Positions 8,569 to 18,715 of a stretch of DNA of 64,000 nucleotides are shown piece by piece. Both the position numbers and the translations under genes were made by a program. The stretch is from Candidatus Fermentibacterota bacterium. Its GTDB lineage: Bacteria > Fermentibacterota > Fermentibacteria > Fermentibacterales > JCC-6. How positions within the stretch are numbered: the stretch's first letter is position 1; the number at the start of each line of letters is the position of its first letter. The stretch is from contig CAWJQI010000004.1 of assembly GCA_963845085.1 (NCBI GenBank), forward strand, positions 32,001 through 96,000, read 5' to 3'. The notes beneath the pieces are model-generated. The model ran no database searches and was not told the origin of the DNA. It was given only the letters and a program-made list of their open reading frames with translations.

Positions 8569-11034
8569 TCAGCCGCCAGGTTCTCCTGCGGGCTGATACC
8601 CGGCTGCCGACTCCCTGATCTCGCTCATCATCTCGTGCGCCCTGTACGCGTTGTTCTCGCCTTTGGCCGGGGCAAGGTACTCGAGTGCCGTCCTGGCGCT
8701 CTCCGACGCGCCCGTGAGCTTCCAGTGCCAGTACCCCGCCGTTCCCCTCACCGACCTCAGCATCGATCCGCCGGATTGGGCAAGGAGCGAATCGGGGTGC
8801 TCGCGTCCCAGCATCGCGAGGCATGCGGTTCCGCATACCCTCGCAGCTTCTGCATTCGCAGGCTGGTCGATGCTTGCGGACTGGAGCGCTGCTTCGGCCA
8901 GCGCTTCGGCAGCCTCCTCGATGCGGCCTCCGTTCATCAGGAACAGGCCCCGGTAAAGCATGTAGAGGCCGGCATTCCTTGTCCTTCCGGCCTTCGCGGC
9001 CATACCGGAGGCCTCGTCGAGCATGACGAGGGCATCATCGCAGCGCCCCTTCAGGTCGAGGACCCTTGCCCTGAGGTAGAGCGTGCTCTCCAGCAGATTG
9101 TCGGGACCCGACCTTCGCACGAGGTCGAGCATGGTTTCCACGCAGTCTTCAGCGTTGTCGGGGCGGTTCAGGTCGAGGAATATCCTGGCCATGTTGCCGT
9201 AAGTGGCTGCGAGCCTCATGGCGTCGCCGACTTCGGAAGCCATCCTGATCGCGTTCATGAAGATGTCGAGTGCTTCATCGTACTTTCCCTGCATCATCCG
9301 GGCGACCCCGAGATTGGCGGCCGCCGTCGTTGCAAGCCTGTGGTTCCCGATCCGGCCGGCCAGCCTGCCCACGTTGTCATAGCATCGGGCCGCCTCGTTG
9401 AACGAGCACATCGACGAGGCGATGCCCCCCCGGGTGTTGAGGGCGTAGATGAGGGCTTCGAGATTGCCCGTGCGGGCGGCGCTTTTCATCAGTCCGTCGC
9501 ACCCTTCAGCGGCTTCCTTCAAACGCCCGGCCTTTCTCAGGCATGACACAATGAAGATGCTGCAGCTTTCGGAAAGCCATGTGAAGCCGTGTCCGAGTGC
9601 CATGTCCCTGGCCTTCCCGGCCGCCTCGAGCGCCTCGGCCAGCATGCCGTGCCGCGCCATCGCCCTCGCCTCGACAAGCTCAAGCCTGCACCTCTGCCGG
9701 TCCGACAGCCCGACCGCTTCGAGTCGATCCACCTCGAGCCTGACTTCGGAAGGCATTGCATTCCTGCGGAGAAGTACGAAGGACAGAATTGCGAGTTCCG
9801 CCGTCTGCTGCGGATCGAACAGCCCCTCCATGCGTTTACCGTCGAGCAACGCTTCCAGGGCCTTCGCCCGTGGTTCGAAGCCCATGTGGATGAGGATCTC
9901 GAGCATGAGAAGCCCGGCCGGCACTTCGAGGTTCCCTGCGGCAAGACCGGCCGCCTCAAGCGCCTGCTCCAGGAAGCCGCCCTTGAAAAGCCTCTGGCTC
10001 CTGTTGAGCTGGGCCTGCGAAAACTCCCCGGGGCAGTGGGCGGCGGCCAGCCCCCACAGCCTGGCTGCCCTCTGATGTGAAACCCCGCCGGAATGCACTG
10101 CGGCCTCGAGGTAGGAAGCTCCGGCTGAAACTGCGTCCCCGCTTCTGAGAAAGAGGTCGCCCGCAAGCCTGAGCGCATCGGGCAACCCCCCGGCCCTCTC
10201 CAGAACAAGCAGGGCCGCGCCGCTGTGAAGCCGTTGCGATTCAAAAGGGTCAAGCGAATCAAGAAACCGGTTCCTGTCCTCCCGGCTGGCGAAACGGTGC
10301 AATCCCGGCCGGACGGCGTGCCACAGGCCTGATTCGATGAGAGGCCCGGGGTTCTTCACGCATCCCGACAGGGCCGAAGCCTCGGCAGGGTCGAAAATGT
10401 AGCCCAGCACGGCTGCTGCGCGCACAAGACCGAGTAGCTCTTCGGGAACCTCGGGGGACCGTTCTTCCTCCCGGACGGAGACGTCGACAAGCTTCGCCGG
10501 AAACGGCGCGGAACCGCTTACAAGGGCGCCCAGCATCGGAGGGCAGCGAAGGTTGTCACAACCGGCAAGCGTTGTGAAAAGTTCCGACGTGAAGTCATCG
10601 AGTTCATCAACGGCGGGCGCGACAAGCACTGCCGGCATGAACCTGGCAATTGCGTCGAGCAGCCTGCACAGGGCCTCAGCAGTTTCCGCGGTCGCTTCGC
10701 CCGACGACAGATACTCCCCGATGGCGTCACGGTGTTGCTGCAACCCCGCGGCGGCCTCCATCCCGGGGGATCTGCCCCTGATGCCGACGGAGATGGTAAA
10801 AGCGATCCAGGCGTCTCGGAAACCGTCGGGTCTGTCACCTTTCCCGAACAGCCTCGACAGCCCTGACCGTATGCCCTGGTCGATCGGTATGTCGAGCATG
10901 CCGGGTCGTTTTCTCAAAACCGAGTAGAAAAGGTCCCCTGCATCCTCGCGCGAGAGCCCCCTGAACACGAACGGCAGGGGATCGCCCCTGTCGATGTGCG
11001 AAAGGGCGGCCTCTTCGATCCTGTCACGCTTCAT
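8569..11034 (-). CDS. Tetratricopeptide-repeat protein (MalT-like TPR sensor region)
   Basis: Repeated A..N.G helical TPR units in the C-terminal half; AAVLGYIF winged-helix-like segment as in STAND proteins. Confidence 0.7.
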   Translation of the reverse strand: MKRDRIEEAALSHIDRGDPLPFVFRGLSREDAGDLFYSVLRKRPGMLDIPIDQGIRSGLSRLFGKGDRPDGFRDAWIAFTISVGIRGRSPGMEAAAGLQQHRDAIGEYLSSGEATAETAEALCRLLDAIARFMPAVLVAPAVDELDDFTSELFTTLAGCDNLRCPPMLGALVSGSAPFPAKLVDVSVREEERSPEVPEELLGLVRAAAVLGYIFDPAEASALSGCVKNPGPLIESGLWHAVRPGLHRFASREDRNRFLDSLDPFESQRLHSGAALLVLERAGGLPDALRLAGDLFLRSGDAVSAGASYLEAAVHSGGVSHQRAARLWGLAAAHCPGEFSQAQLNRSQRLFKGGFLEQALEAAGLAAGNLEVPAGLLMLEILIHMGFEPRAKALEALLDGKRMEGLFDPQQTAELAILSFVLLRRNAMPSEVRLEVDRLEAVGLSDRQRCRLELVEARAMARHGMLAEALEAAGKARDMALGHGFTWLSESCSIFIVSCLRKAGRLKEAAEGCDGLMKSAARTGNLEALIYALNTRGGIASSMCSFNEAARCYDNVGRLAGRIGNHRLATTAAANLGVARMMQGKYDEALDIFMNAIRMASEVGDAMRLAATYGNMARIFLDLNRPDNAEDCVETMLDLVRRSGPDNLLESTLYLRARVLDLKGRCDDALVMLDEASGMAAKAGRTRNAGLYMLYRGLFLMNGGRIEEAAEALAEAALQSASIDQPANAEAARVCGTACLAMLGREHPDSLLAQSGGSMLRSVRGTAGYWHWKLTGASESARTALEYLAPAKGENNAYRAHEMMSEIRESAAGYQPAGEPGG

Positions 11035-11296
11035 TGAACCACGGGGGGCGCGTTGAACCCGGCTCCCTGATGCGCACCGTCTTGATGCGTGACTGCCTGC
11101 CCGTGATAATGGTTACATTGTCGGCGGTTGTTCCGAACTGGCCGGCCAGCCACCCGGAAAGGGCCAGGTTCGCCTTCCCGTCAACCGGCGGCGCGTCAAT
11201 GGTGATCTTCACCGTGCCGTCGGCCATCACCCCTGCGAATCCGGTGCGTCCGCCGCGGGTGACAACCTTTACGGTAAGGACGATCCCATCACTCAG
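11024..11296 (-). CDS. DUF167 / YggU family protein; probable CTG start
   Basis: APPVDGKAN...[12 protein letters not shown] motif. The frame stays open upstream through the expected [13 protein letters not shown] strand to CTG 11296, which follows a GGAGG. Confidence 0.75.
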   Translation of the reverse strand: MSDGIVLTVKVVTRGGRTGFAGVMADGTVKITIDAPPVDGKANLALSGWLAGQFGTTADNVTIITGRQSRIKTVRIREPGSTRPPWFNEA

Positions 11297-11472
11297 TCGC
11301 GTTCCTCCAGATCCCGGGCCTCCTCGATCAGCATAACGGGAATGTCGTCACGCACGGGGTACGCCAGTCTGCATGCATGGCAGACAAGCTCTTCGGAGGG
11401 TGCCGTGCGGTATTCAAGGTCGCCCTTGCACTTGGGGCAGGCCAGGATGGAAAGCAGCCTCTCGTCAACCAT
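11293..11472 (-). CDS. Trm112-like (UPF0434/YcaR) protein, 59 aa
   Basis: Manual translation [21 protein letters not shown]...[25 protein letters not shown]; below the ORF-track length cutoff. Confidence 0.9.
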   Translation of the reverse strand: MVDERLLSILACPKCKGDLEYRTAPSEELVCHACRLAYPVRDDIPVMLIEEARDLEERD

Positions 11473-11481
11473 GAAGACCTC

Positions 11482-12714
11482 CTAGATAACGAACAGCCCG
11501 TTCCTGATCACGGGCACTTCCCCGCCGTCGCCGGTGACCCCGGATACGCTGACCTCGGGGGACCCGATCATGAAGTCGGTGTGAACAAGGCTCACGTTGC
11601 ATCCCGTTTCGGAAAGAGCCCGCTCGCCGAGGCCGGTTCCCTTTTCAATGCAGTCGGTGTAGCCGTTGCCAAGTGCGATGTGGCAGGACGCGTTCTCGTC
11701 GAACAGGATGTTGTGGAACACCCTGCCGCTCGTGTAAAGGGGCGAGTCGATCCCCACCAGCGCCACTTCGCCGAGGCGTGAAGCCCCTGCGTCGGTTTCA
11801 AGGTACTTTGCGAGTATGCCGCTGTTCTTTCGCGCACCGAAATCCGTTACAACGCCCTTCTCGAACACGAACCAGGCATCCTCGACCTGGGCGCCGAGAA
11901 CCGTCACGGGTCTCGTGCAGGCCACCCTGCCTTCCGTCCGGTGCATGTGCGGGGTGCTGAAAACCTCTTCAGTGGGGATGTTGGGAAAGAAGCGAGTGCC
12001 GTCCGAGGAGGCACAGCTGCCGCCGAGGAACTTCCTGTCGTGGTTCATCCCAATGAAAAGGTCGGTTCCAGGCCCGCGGAAGCGCAAGCCGTCGAACCGG
12101 TTGGCATTCATGAAGGCCGCGCGTTTCTTGAGCGCCGCGTCGTGCGTATTCCAGGCCTGTATCGGGTCGGGTCTGTCGAGGCGGAGGATCGGTGCGAGAA
12201 CCTTCCATATCTCCTCCTCCCAGTTCCCGGAACTGCCCAGCACCTTCGCCGCCCAGTGCGGTGTGGGCATCAGGAACACGTTCCAGGGGATCCTGTTTGA
12301 GGAGATCGCCTTCATGAACCCCTGGTACGCCTCGGAACGTGACTTCTGCATCCTCCCAAGCCTGCCGGGATCGACCCCCTCCATCAAATCGGGGTTTTCG
12401 GGGCCGCGAAGCGCGAGGCTGCGCCAGTTCTCCTTCACGATAGTGTCGAGCATGCCGCTGGTGAACCCCGGCATGTGGTCGAGGTACTCGGGCCTTGCGG
12501 AACGGTCAACCCTCGTCCTCTCGAGCACGGGATCATCCATCGAGAGGTGTACGTACATGGCGCCGAGGTCGTAGGCCCTTTTCGCGAGCAGCCCTGCGAA
12601 CTCCCTGTGGAAAGGCTCGGTGCGGATCCAGAGAACCTGCCCCTCACCGATCCCGAGTGCTCCCTTCAGGATGACGTCTGCGCACGCTTCATGAAATCTG
12701 GCGATACTGGTCAT
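11482..12714 (-). CDS. Aminopeptidase, family M29 (AmpS/AmpT-like)
   Basis: PNIPTEEVFSTP, LGEVALV, ILFDENASCHIALG and SLVHTDFMIG motifs. Confidence 0.92.
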   Translation of the reverse strand: MTSIARFHEACADVILKGALGIGEGQVLWIRTEPFHREFAGLLAKRAYDLGAMYVHLSMDDPVLERTRVDRSARPEYLDHMPGFTSGMLDTIVKENWRSLALRGPENPDLMEGVDPGRLGRMQKSRSEAYQGFMKAISSNRIPWNVFLMPTPHWAAKVLGSSGNWEEEIWKVLAPILRLDRPDPIQAWNTHDAALKKRAAFMNANRFDGLRFRGPGTDLFIGMNHDRKFLGGSCASSDGTRFFPNIPTEEVFSTPHMHRTEGRVACTRPVTVLGAQVEDAWFVFEKGVVTDFGARKNSGILAKYLETDAGASRLGEVALVGIDSPLYTSGRVFHNILFDENASCHIALGNGYTDCIEKGTGLGERALSETGCNVSLVHTDFMIGSPEVSVSGVTGDGGEVPVIRNGLFVI

Positions 12715-12724
12715 GTCAACTCCC

Positions 12725-13441
12725 CTAGATCAGACCGAGAAAATCAACGGCAAGGGCCCTGTAGGGCATTCCCCCCGTTTCGAGAACATCCATGAACTGA
12801 AGGCTAATCCTGACCTGGCCAAAGCTCTGCCAGTAGACCTCGAAGTTCAGGAAACCGCCGGAATTGTCGAACCTGTACTCCCGCTCGCCGTCGGTGGCAA
12901 GGTCCCAGTCCATTGCGAGGCCGAAACCTGCGGGGAGGGTCTTGTCCACCCCCGCCCAGCCGCCGAGGTGCTCGGGCGAGTCGGTGGTGATGCTGCCGCC
13001 TACGTGGAAGGCGGTCTCCCCCAGGGGATCGGCAAAGTTCTTGCTGGCGACGAGGTAAAAGCCCCTTTCGGGTCTCGAGTACTCCCCGCCTCCCCTTGGA
13101 TGCTCGATCTCGTTGTCAAAACCGAGTGCGAGCGCCGGGAATGTCCTGCGTTCGTCGAGGAACCGGAACCTGGCCTTCAGGTAGACCTTGTCGAACCAGT
13201 CCGGCGAAGACATCCCCGTAACGTTGTAGCCGCCGTAGCCAATGCCGGCCATCAGCCTCGGCAGCAAACCCGCCTGGAGGGAGAATGTCAGATTGTCGGT
13301 CGGAAAGGTTCCCAGTGAAATGTACAGGGTTCTTGGGGCGACGACTCCTGCTGTGGGCTCAGCCACGGTTCGTATGAGTTCAGCCCCGGTTGCCGCCGGC
13401 GCCAGAAGAAGCAGGGCCGACAAACCTAGCAGTGCTTTCAA
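12725..13441 (-). CDS. Hypothetical exported / outer-membrane beta-strand protein (YjbH-like)
   Basis: Signal peptide, PTAG motif and alternating aromatic beta-strand pattern. Confidence 0.55.
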   Translation of the reverse strand: MKALLGLSALLLLAPAATGAELIRTVAEPTAGVVAPRTLYISLGTFPTDNLTFSLQAGLLPRLMAGIGYGGYNVTGMSSPDWFDKVYLKARFRFLDERRTFPALALGFDNEIEHPRGGGEYSRPERGFYLVASKNFADPLGETAFHVGGSITTDSPEHLGGWAGVDKTLPAGFGLAMDWDLATDGEREYRFDNSGGFLNFEVYWQSFGQVRISLQFMDVLETGGMPYRALAVDFLGLI

Positions 13442-16400
13442 CGCTTCCCACCTCCAAGGTACAAGGACACGACGGCGGTGTCACCGAGAAACTCCCTCAG
13501 GTCCGCAAGCAGTTTTCTGTCAGGGTTCACACGTATGCTGCGGGACTCACCAACATACAACCTTCCCGTTATTCCACAATCCATTTCAACAAATACCGGG
13601 CCGCTTCCGGGATGTTCCCTGAAAAGCTCGACCACGCGGCTGAAGACCTCTGTCGGAACGCCGTCACCTGTGATCCGAACCCTTACCCTGACCCCCGAAG
13701 CCTGCCGCAGCTCGTCGAGAAAATCGATCCTCTCCACGCAGAACCTTGCCTCGCCCCGGCCGTTCAGCACTTTCCCGTGCACAAGGAGGGGCTTGCCTGA
13801 TTCCAGCCTGGATCCGCACTTTTCAAGTGATTCAGCCCAGATCGTGGCCTCGCAGGAATCCGACACCCCCGAGAGAACAACGAACGCCATTCTGCCCCGC
13901 TGGGTGTCGCGATACCTGACGGCCTCAACCGTGGCGGCCACGGAAACCATCTGTGAACCGCGGTGCTGCATGACCGTTCCGGGGGTGTGCGTGGCGTACG
14001 ACCTTGCCTCCTCGGCGTACTCGTCGAGGGGGTGACCGGTGAGGTAGAAGCCCAGGAGCTCCTTCTCCCCCCGCAGCATGTCTTCCCTCGGCATCTCCTC
14101 CAATTCCGGCAGCGGTGGGGCGGCAGGCTCGGACGAAACGGCCGACCCGAAGAGCGACATCTGACCGGCTTCTTTGTGTTTCCTGAATGCTGCGGCATAG
14201 GCGAGGACCCTGTCGACCGAGGCCAGCAGAGCCGACCTCCTGCCCGGAAGGCAGTCGAGCGCGCCCGCGCTGATCAGCGATTCAAGAACCTTTTTGTTCA
14301 GGCTGTTCGAGACTCTTCCGGCAAGATCGTGCATGCCCGTGAAGGGGCCGCCCTGGCGGCGCGCCTCGACTATCTCGGAAGCGGGGCTCTCCCCCACGTT
14401 CTTGATGGCCTTCAGCGCGTAGACGATGCTGCCGGCTTCGTCAACGTCGAACTCGACAAGGCTGCCGTTGACCGAGGGGGGCAGGATCGTGAGCCCCATC
14501 CTCCCGGCTTCAGTCATTAGTGCCGCAAGCCTTTCCGTGCTCGCGATCTCGCTTGACATGGTCGCAGCGATGAACTCGGCGGGATGGTGGGCCTTCAGGT
14601 ACGCTGTCCAGTAGGCGATTATGGCGTAGCACACGGAATGGGACTTGTTGAAACCGTACTCGCCGAAGCGCCTGATGTGATCGTATATCTCGCGGGCCTT
14701 CCGCTCGGAGATGCCGCGCGACCTTGCGCCCGAGATGAATGCCTCCCCGAAGGAAGCCATCTCGTCGGCGTTCTTTTTGCTGATCGCCCGCCTCAGGCTG
14801 TCGGCCTCGGCCATGCTCATGCCGGCGAAACGGTTCGCGATATCCATGACCTGTTCCTGGTAGACTATCACGCCGTGGGTTTCGCCGAGGATGTCCTGCA
14901 GCTCGGGAATCGTGTCCTTTACGGCCCTGCCGTCTGAGGACTTTCTTTTGTTTTCGGCGTAGACGTCAATCATGTGCATGGATCCCGGCCTGAAGATCGC
15001 CACGGCCGCAGTGACGTCGTCGAACCTGTCCACCCCGATCTTTCGCAGGGCATCCCGCATGCCGGGGCTTTCCAGCTGAAATACGCCGGTTGTCTCAACC
15101 CTGTTCAAAAGCCCGAGGGTGTCGGGGTCGTCGCGGGGAACCGCCTCGATGCTGAACCCGGGAAGCCTTCTTCGAATCATCTCCTGCGCGTGGTGAAGGA
15201 CGGTCACGGTCCGGAGGCCGAGAACATCGAGCTTCATCAGCCCTATCTTCTCCGCCGACTTCATTTCGTACTGGGTCGTGAGCCCCTTTTCCCGGGAGAA
15301 GCAGAGCGGAACGAAATCGATGAGGTCGCCGGGCGTGATGACGACGCCCGCCGCATGAACGCCGCTGTGCCTCGCAACCCCTGACAGCTCGTCGCAGTAC
15401 CTGAAAAGCCTTGCCACCTCGGGGTCGCCCCCGATCTCCTGCGCGAGCTCGGGAACCTGTTTCGCAACGGCCTCGAGGGAAAGGTCCTGGTCCTGCACGG
15501 TCGCCACCAGCTTTGAGAGCCTGTCGCCGGTTTCGTAGGGCATGCCCATCACGCGGGCCACGTCGCGGACCGCAGCCCTGTTCTTCATCCTGTTGAACGA
15601 AACGATCTGACAGACACGGTTCTGCCCGTACTTGGAAACGATGTGGGAGATGACCTCTCCCCGGCGCTCGTAGCAAACGTCCATGTCGATGTCGGGCATC
15701 TGCTTCCTGGCCGGGTTCAGGAACCGCTCGAAACTCAGTCCGTACTGAAGGGGGTTCACGTCGGTGATGCCGATCGCCCAGGAGACAAGGCTTCCTGCGG
15801 CGCTTCCCCTGCCCGGCCCGAGAGGTATCCCCTGTGACCTTGCCCAGCCGGCGAGTTCGCTCACGATAAGGAAATATCCCGGAAAGCCCATGTCGCAGAT
15901 GACGTTCAGTTCGTATAGAAGCCTGTCCGTCTCCTCTTTGCCGGGTGCCCGTCCGAGCCTTGCAAAAAGCCCATCGGAAGCGATCCGCCTGAGGTGGCTG
16001 CCGAGGTTCTCTTCGCCTTCGGGAAGCGGGTAGTCCGGAAGCAGAAAGCCGCCCTTGGAGAAGCTGAAGCTGCACTGGTCGGCGATTTTGACTGAGTTGC
16101 CGACGGCTTCGGGGATCCACGAGAACAACCTTGCCATCTCGGCGGGGGTTTTGACGTAGAACTCGTTGGTACCGAATTTCATGCGGCCCGGATCGGTCAG
16201 CGTCTTCTTCGTCTGCAGGCAGAGCAGCACCTCGTGCACCTCGGCATGTTCGCTCTTCAGGTAGTGGGCATCGTTGGTGGCCACGGGGAGTGCGCCGGTC
16301 TCGCGCGCGAGATCGGCGAGCCCCTGCAGGATGTTCTTTTCCTCGGGAAGCCCGTGGTCCATGAGTTCGATGAAGAACCTGTCCGGACCGACAAGGTCCT

Positions 16401-16896
16401 GGTAGAAGCGGACCGCGGCAACCGCATCATTCCTCCTGCCACGGGTGAGGCTCAGCGCGACCTCTCCCTGAAGGCAGGCGGAACCGATGACAAGCCCCCG
16501 GCTGTATTTGGAGAGGATCTCCCTGTCGATCCTGGGCCGGCGGTAGAAACCTTCTATCCAGCCGAGGCTGGACAGCCTGCAAAGGTTTCTGTAACCCTCT
16601 TCATCCGCCGCGAGAAGCGTAAGGTGCCTGTAGCCCTCCCCCGGTTCGTCGCTTTTTTCGAGCCTGCTCCCGGGGGCGATGTAGGCTTCCATTCCAACAA
16701 TGGGCTTTATGCCGCTGCTCTTCATCACATCGCAGAAGTGCACGGCCCCGTAAAGGCTTCCGTGGTCGGTTACGGCAACCGCATCCATGCCGTTCTCACC
16801 GACAAAGGGACCCAGCTTCTCGAACCTTATCGCACCGTCGAGAAGGCTGTACTCGGAATGAAGGTGAAGGTGGACGAATCGGGGAGAGTCACTCAT
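13438..16896 (-). CDS. dnaE: DNA polymerase III subunit alpha
   Basis: FVHLHLHSEYSLLDG PHP domain, GPGRGSAAGS, MPDIDMD catalytic motif, YGFNKSH and C-terminal OB fold. Confidence 0.98.
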   Translation of the reverse strand: MSDSPRFVHLHLHSEYSLLDGAIRFEKLGPFVGENGMDAVAVTDHGSLYGAVHFCDVMKSSGIKPIVGMEAYIAPGSRLEKSDEPGEGYRHLTLLAADEEGYRNLCRLSSLGWIEGFYRRPRIDREILSKYSRGLVIGSACLQGEVALSLTRGRRNDAVAAVRFYQDLVGPDRFFIELMDHGLPEEKNILQGLADLARETGALPVATNDAHYLKSEHAEVHEVLLCLQTKKTLTDPGRMKFGTNEFYVKTPAEMARLFSWIPEAVGNSVKIADQCSFSFSKGGFLLPDYPLPEGEENLGSHLRRIASDGLFARLGRAPGKEETDRLLYELNVICDMGFPGYFLIVSELAGWARSQGIPLGPGRGSAAGSLVSWAIGITDVNPLQYGLSFERFLNPARKQMPDIDMDVCYERRGEVISHIVSKYGQNRVCQIVSFNRMKNRAAVRDVARVMGMPYETGDRLSKLVATVQDQDLSLEAVAKQVPELAQEIGGDPEVARLFRYCDELSGVARHSGVHAAGVVITPGDLIDFVPLCFSREKGLTTQYEMKSAEKIGLMKLDVLGLRTVTVLHHAQEMIRRRLPGFSIEAVPRDDPDTLGLLNRVETTGVFQLESPGMRDALRKIGVDRFDDVTAAVAIFRPGSMHMIDVYAENKRKSSDGRAVKDTIPELQDILGETHGVIVYQEQVMDIANRFAGMSMAEADSLRRAISKKNADEMASFGEAFISGARSRGISERKAREIYDHIRRFGEYGFNKSHSVCYAIIAYWTAYLKAHHPAEFIAATMSSEIASTERLAALMTEAGRMGLTILPPSVNGSLVEFDVDEAGSIVYALKAIKNVGESPASEIVEARRQGGPFTGMHDLAGRVSNSLNKKVLESLISAGALDCLPGRRSALLASVDRVLAYAAAFRKHKEAGQMSLFGSAVSSEPAAPPLPELEEMPREDMLRGEKELLGFYLTGHPLDEYAEEARSYATHTPGTVMQHRGSQMVSVAATVEAVRYRDTQRGRMAFVVLSGVSDSCEATIWAESLEKCGSRLESGKPLLVHGKVLNGRGEARFCVERIDFLDELRQASGVRVRVRITGDGVPTEVFSRVVELFREHPGSGPVFVEMDCGITGRLYVGESRSIRVNPDRKLLADLREFLGDTAVVSLYLGGGKR

Positions 16897-18023
16897 CGGC
16901 CGTCCCGGGTGTCATCCCCGGCCTGGTCGGTGGAACCGAAGCGCTTCCCGAACTCCCTGGAATCCTCGTCATCGGCCCTCTGAAGAAGGTCCTCGCCGTC
17001 CTTCGCCTTTCTCACCGCAAGGTAGCAGAGCGTCCAGAAAGACGCGCAGCTCGAAAGCCAGTACGAGAAAATGATGAGCGCGATCGCAACTCCGGAGAGG
17101 GAGGCCAGCCAGCCCGCGGCCCCATGCCATGCGAAAGGATCGCCCGCGAGGCTGCCGAGCGGCGAAAGGAATGAGCCGTAGTGGGATATGAGCTGGGGCG
17201 CGGCCGTGTGCAGCCCGCCCTGGACTGAAGTGGCCAGGCCGGTATTGCCCATCCCGATGCCGACCCCGAAGGCAACTATGGCCATGGCGCCCCGTGCGAA
17301 TGCCATGAACAACAAAAGGGCTGCGGCCCTCGCGATCAGACCGGTTGCCATGTAGAGAATGATCCTGAAGGGTTGCGACGTTATGGAACTGAACAGCTCG
17401 AACAGGGTCTCGAAGGTGTCGCCCCTGGTGCAGGCGGTGATGGCCGGCACCATGAAGATGGACAGCAGGAGGGCGATCAGCGCGAGGACCCCGAACAGCG
17501 AGATCCCCCAGGCAGGAACCGCAAGGATGCCTGCGATCACCGGCCCGGCACCCGGTATCCGACCGATCAGGCCCATGATGAAGAGCTTGACGAACAGGAT
17601 GGAGAGCCCTGCAAGCACTGCGACGGGAACCATCAGCAGGGGCTTCCTGTTCCCGCGATGGAACTCGAGGGCGTCCCTTCCGCTGTAGAAGCCGTCGCCC
17701 CTGATCTGCTCGAACGTTATCCGGCCGACCTTCTGGAAGGCGGACATGATGATCCACAGGCATGCAAGGAGCGCGGCCGCCATGAAAATGAGCGCGACGG
17801 TGCTCTCAAGGAACAGCCCCTCGGGTATGGGGAAGAGCCTGGAAACCTGCCACCGCCCCGCCATGGAATCTCCGGCTGCGAAAAAGCCGAGGTAGACCAT
17901 GCCCGACCAGACGAGCCACGAAAGGACCAGGGCCTTCCAGACAACCCAGAGGTTCCTCGCGCTCAGACCGTACTTAACTGAAAGGAGCATGTCCCTTATG
18001 TCAAAATGGAGCTTGTGGATCAT
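16893..18023 (-). CDS. Hypothetical multi-pass membrane protein
   Basis: 376 aa with several hydrophobic segments; ATGA overlap with the dnaE start. Confidence 0.7.
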   Translation of the reverse strand: MIHKLHFDIRDMLLSVKYGLSARNLWVVWKALVLSWLVWSGMVYLGFFAAGDSMAGRWQVSRLFPIPEGLFLESTVALIFMAAALLACLWIIMSAFQKVGRITFEQIRGDGFYSGRDALEFHRGNRKPLLMVPVAVLAGLSILFVKLFIMGLIGRIPGAGPVIAGILAVPAWGISLFGVLALIALLLSIFMVPAITACTRGDTFETLFELFSSITSQPFRIILYMATGLIARAAALLLFMAFARGAMAIVAFGVGIGMGNTGLATSVQGGLHTAAPQLISHYGSFLSPLGSLAGDPFAWHGAAGWLASLSGVAIALIIFSYWLSSCASFWTLCYLAVRKAKDGEDLLQRADDEDSREFGKRFGSTDQAGDDTRDGR

Positions 18024-18715
18024 TACAATCCTCCCTGCTTGCTGTTCCCGGTTCCTTCCGATGCTGCCCTATCATACTCCCGGCCCCGGTTTCACGGAAG
18101 TTCACGGCCAGGCAGACCACGTCGGAAGCGCCGGCCCGCTCGAGGGCGATGCGGGCGTTCGCAAGGGTTTCCCCGGTTGCCCGTACATCGTCGAGAAGCC
18201 ATATCCTTCCGGGCGGAACCTTCTTCGTCACCCGGAACGCCCCCTTCAGGTTGTGCCTTCGCTCATCCGCCGTCAGGCCGACCTGACTCGGGCCGGGATT
18301 TCTCCCGAGCAGCACGCTGAAGCGGGCTCCGGTCAGGGCACTCACCCGGCGCGCGATGATCTCAACCTGGTTGTAGCCCCTTTTACGAAGGGTGCTTCGG
18401 GACGAGGGCACACATGTTACGGTTTCACCCCGTGACGGGATGCTGTCCCACTCCCCCGTCGCCATCTCGGCGAGAACGGAGCCGAGGTGTCTTTCCCCGT
18501 GATACTTCAGCCTGATCATCATGTCGCGCATTACACCCTGGTGAAGAAAGGCGGCGTGCCGTGGGGCCGTCGTCACGCTCCGGCACCGGTCGCACCCGGG
18601 CAAGACACCATGGGCAGAGATTAGAGCCCTTCGCCGGTGCCCTTCCTCCGCATCCCGGGCACATTGTAAGGAAGAAAAGGCTCAGGATCTTCTTCGCTGC
18701 CGATGGTAGAGCCAT
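18001..18715 (-). pseudogene. comF: ComF family phosphoribosyltransferase-like protein, split by a +1 frameshift near 18565
   Basis: The zinc ribbon CPGC...LCPWC is in one frame; LKYHG, RGYNQ and LLDDVRATGETL are in the next. Deleting one C from GGC CCC ACG restores D-G-P-R-H-A-A-F. Start uncertain. Confidence 0.8.

Noticed and set aside
13438..16896. Intein or split in dnaE
   Set aside because: The length (1152 aa) and motif spacing are normal.
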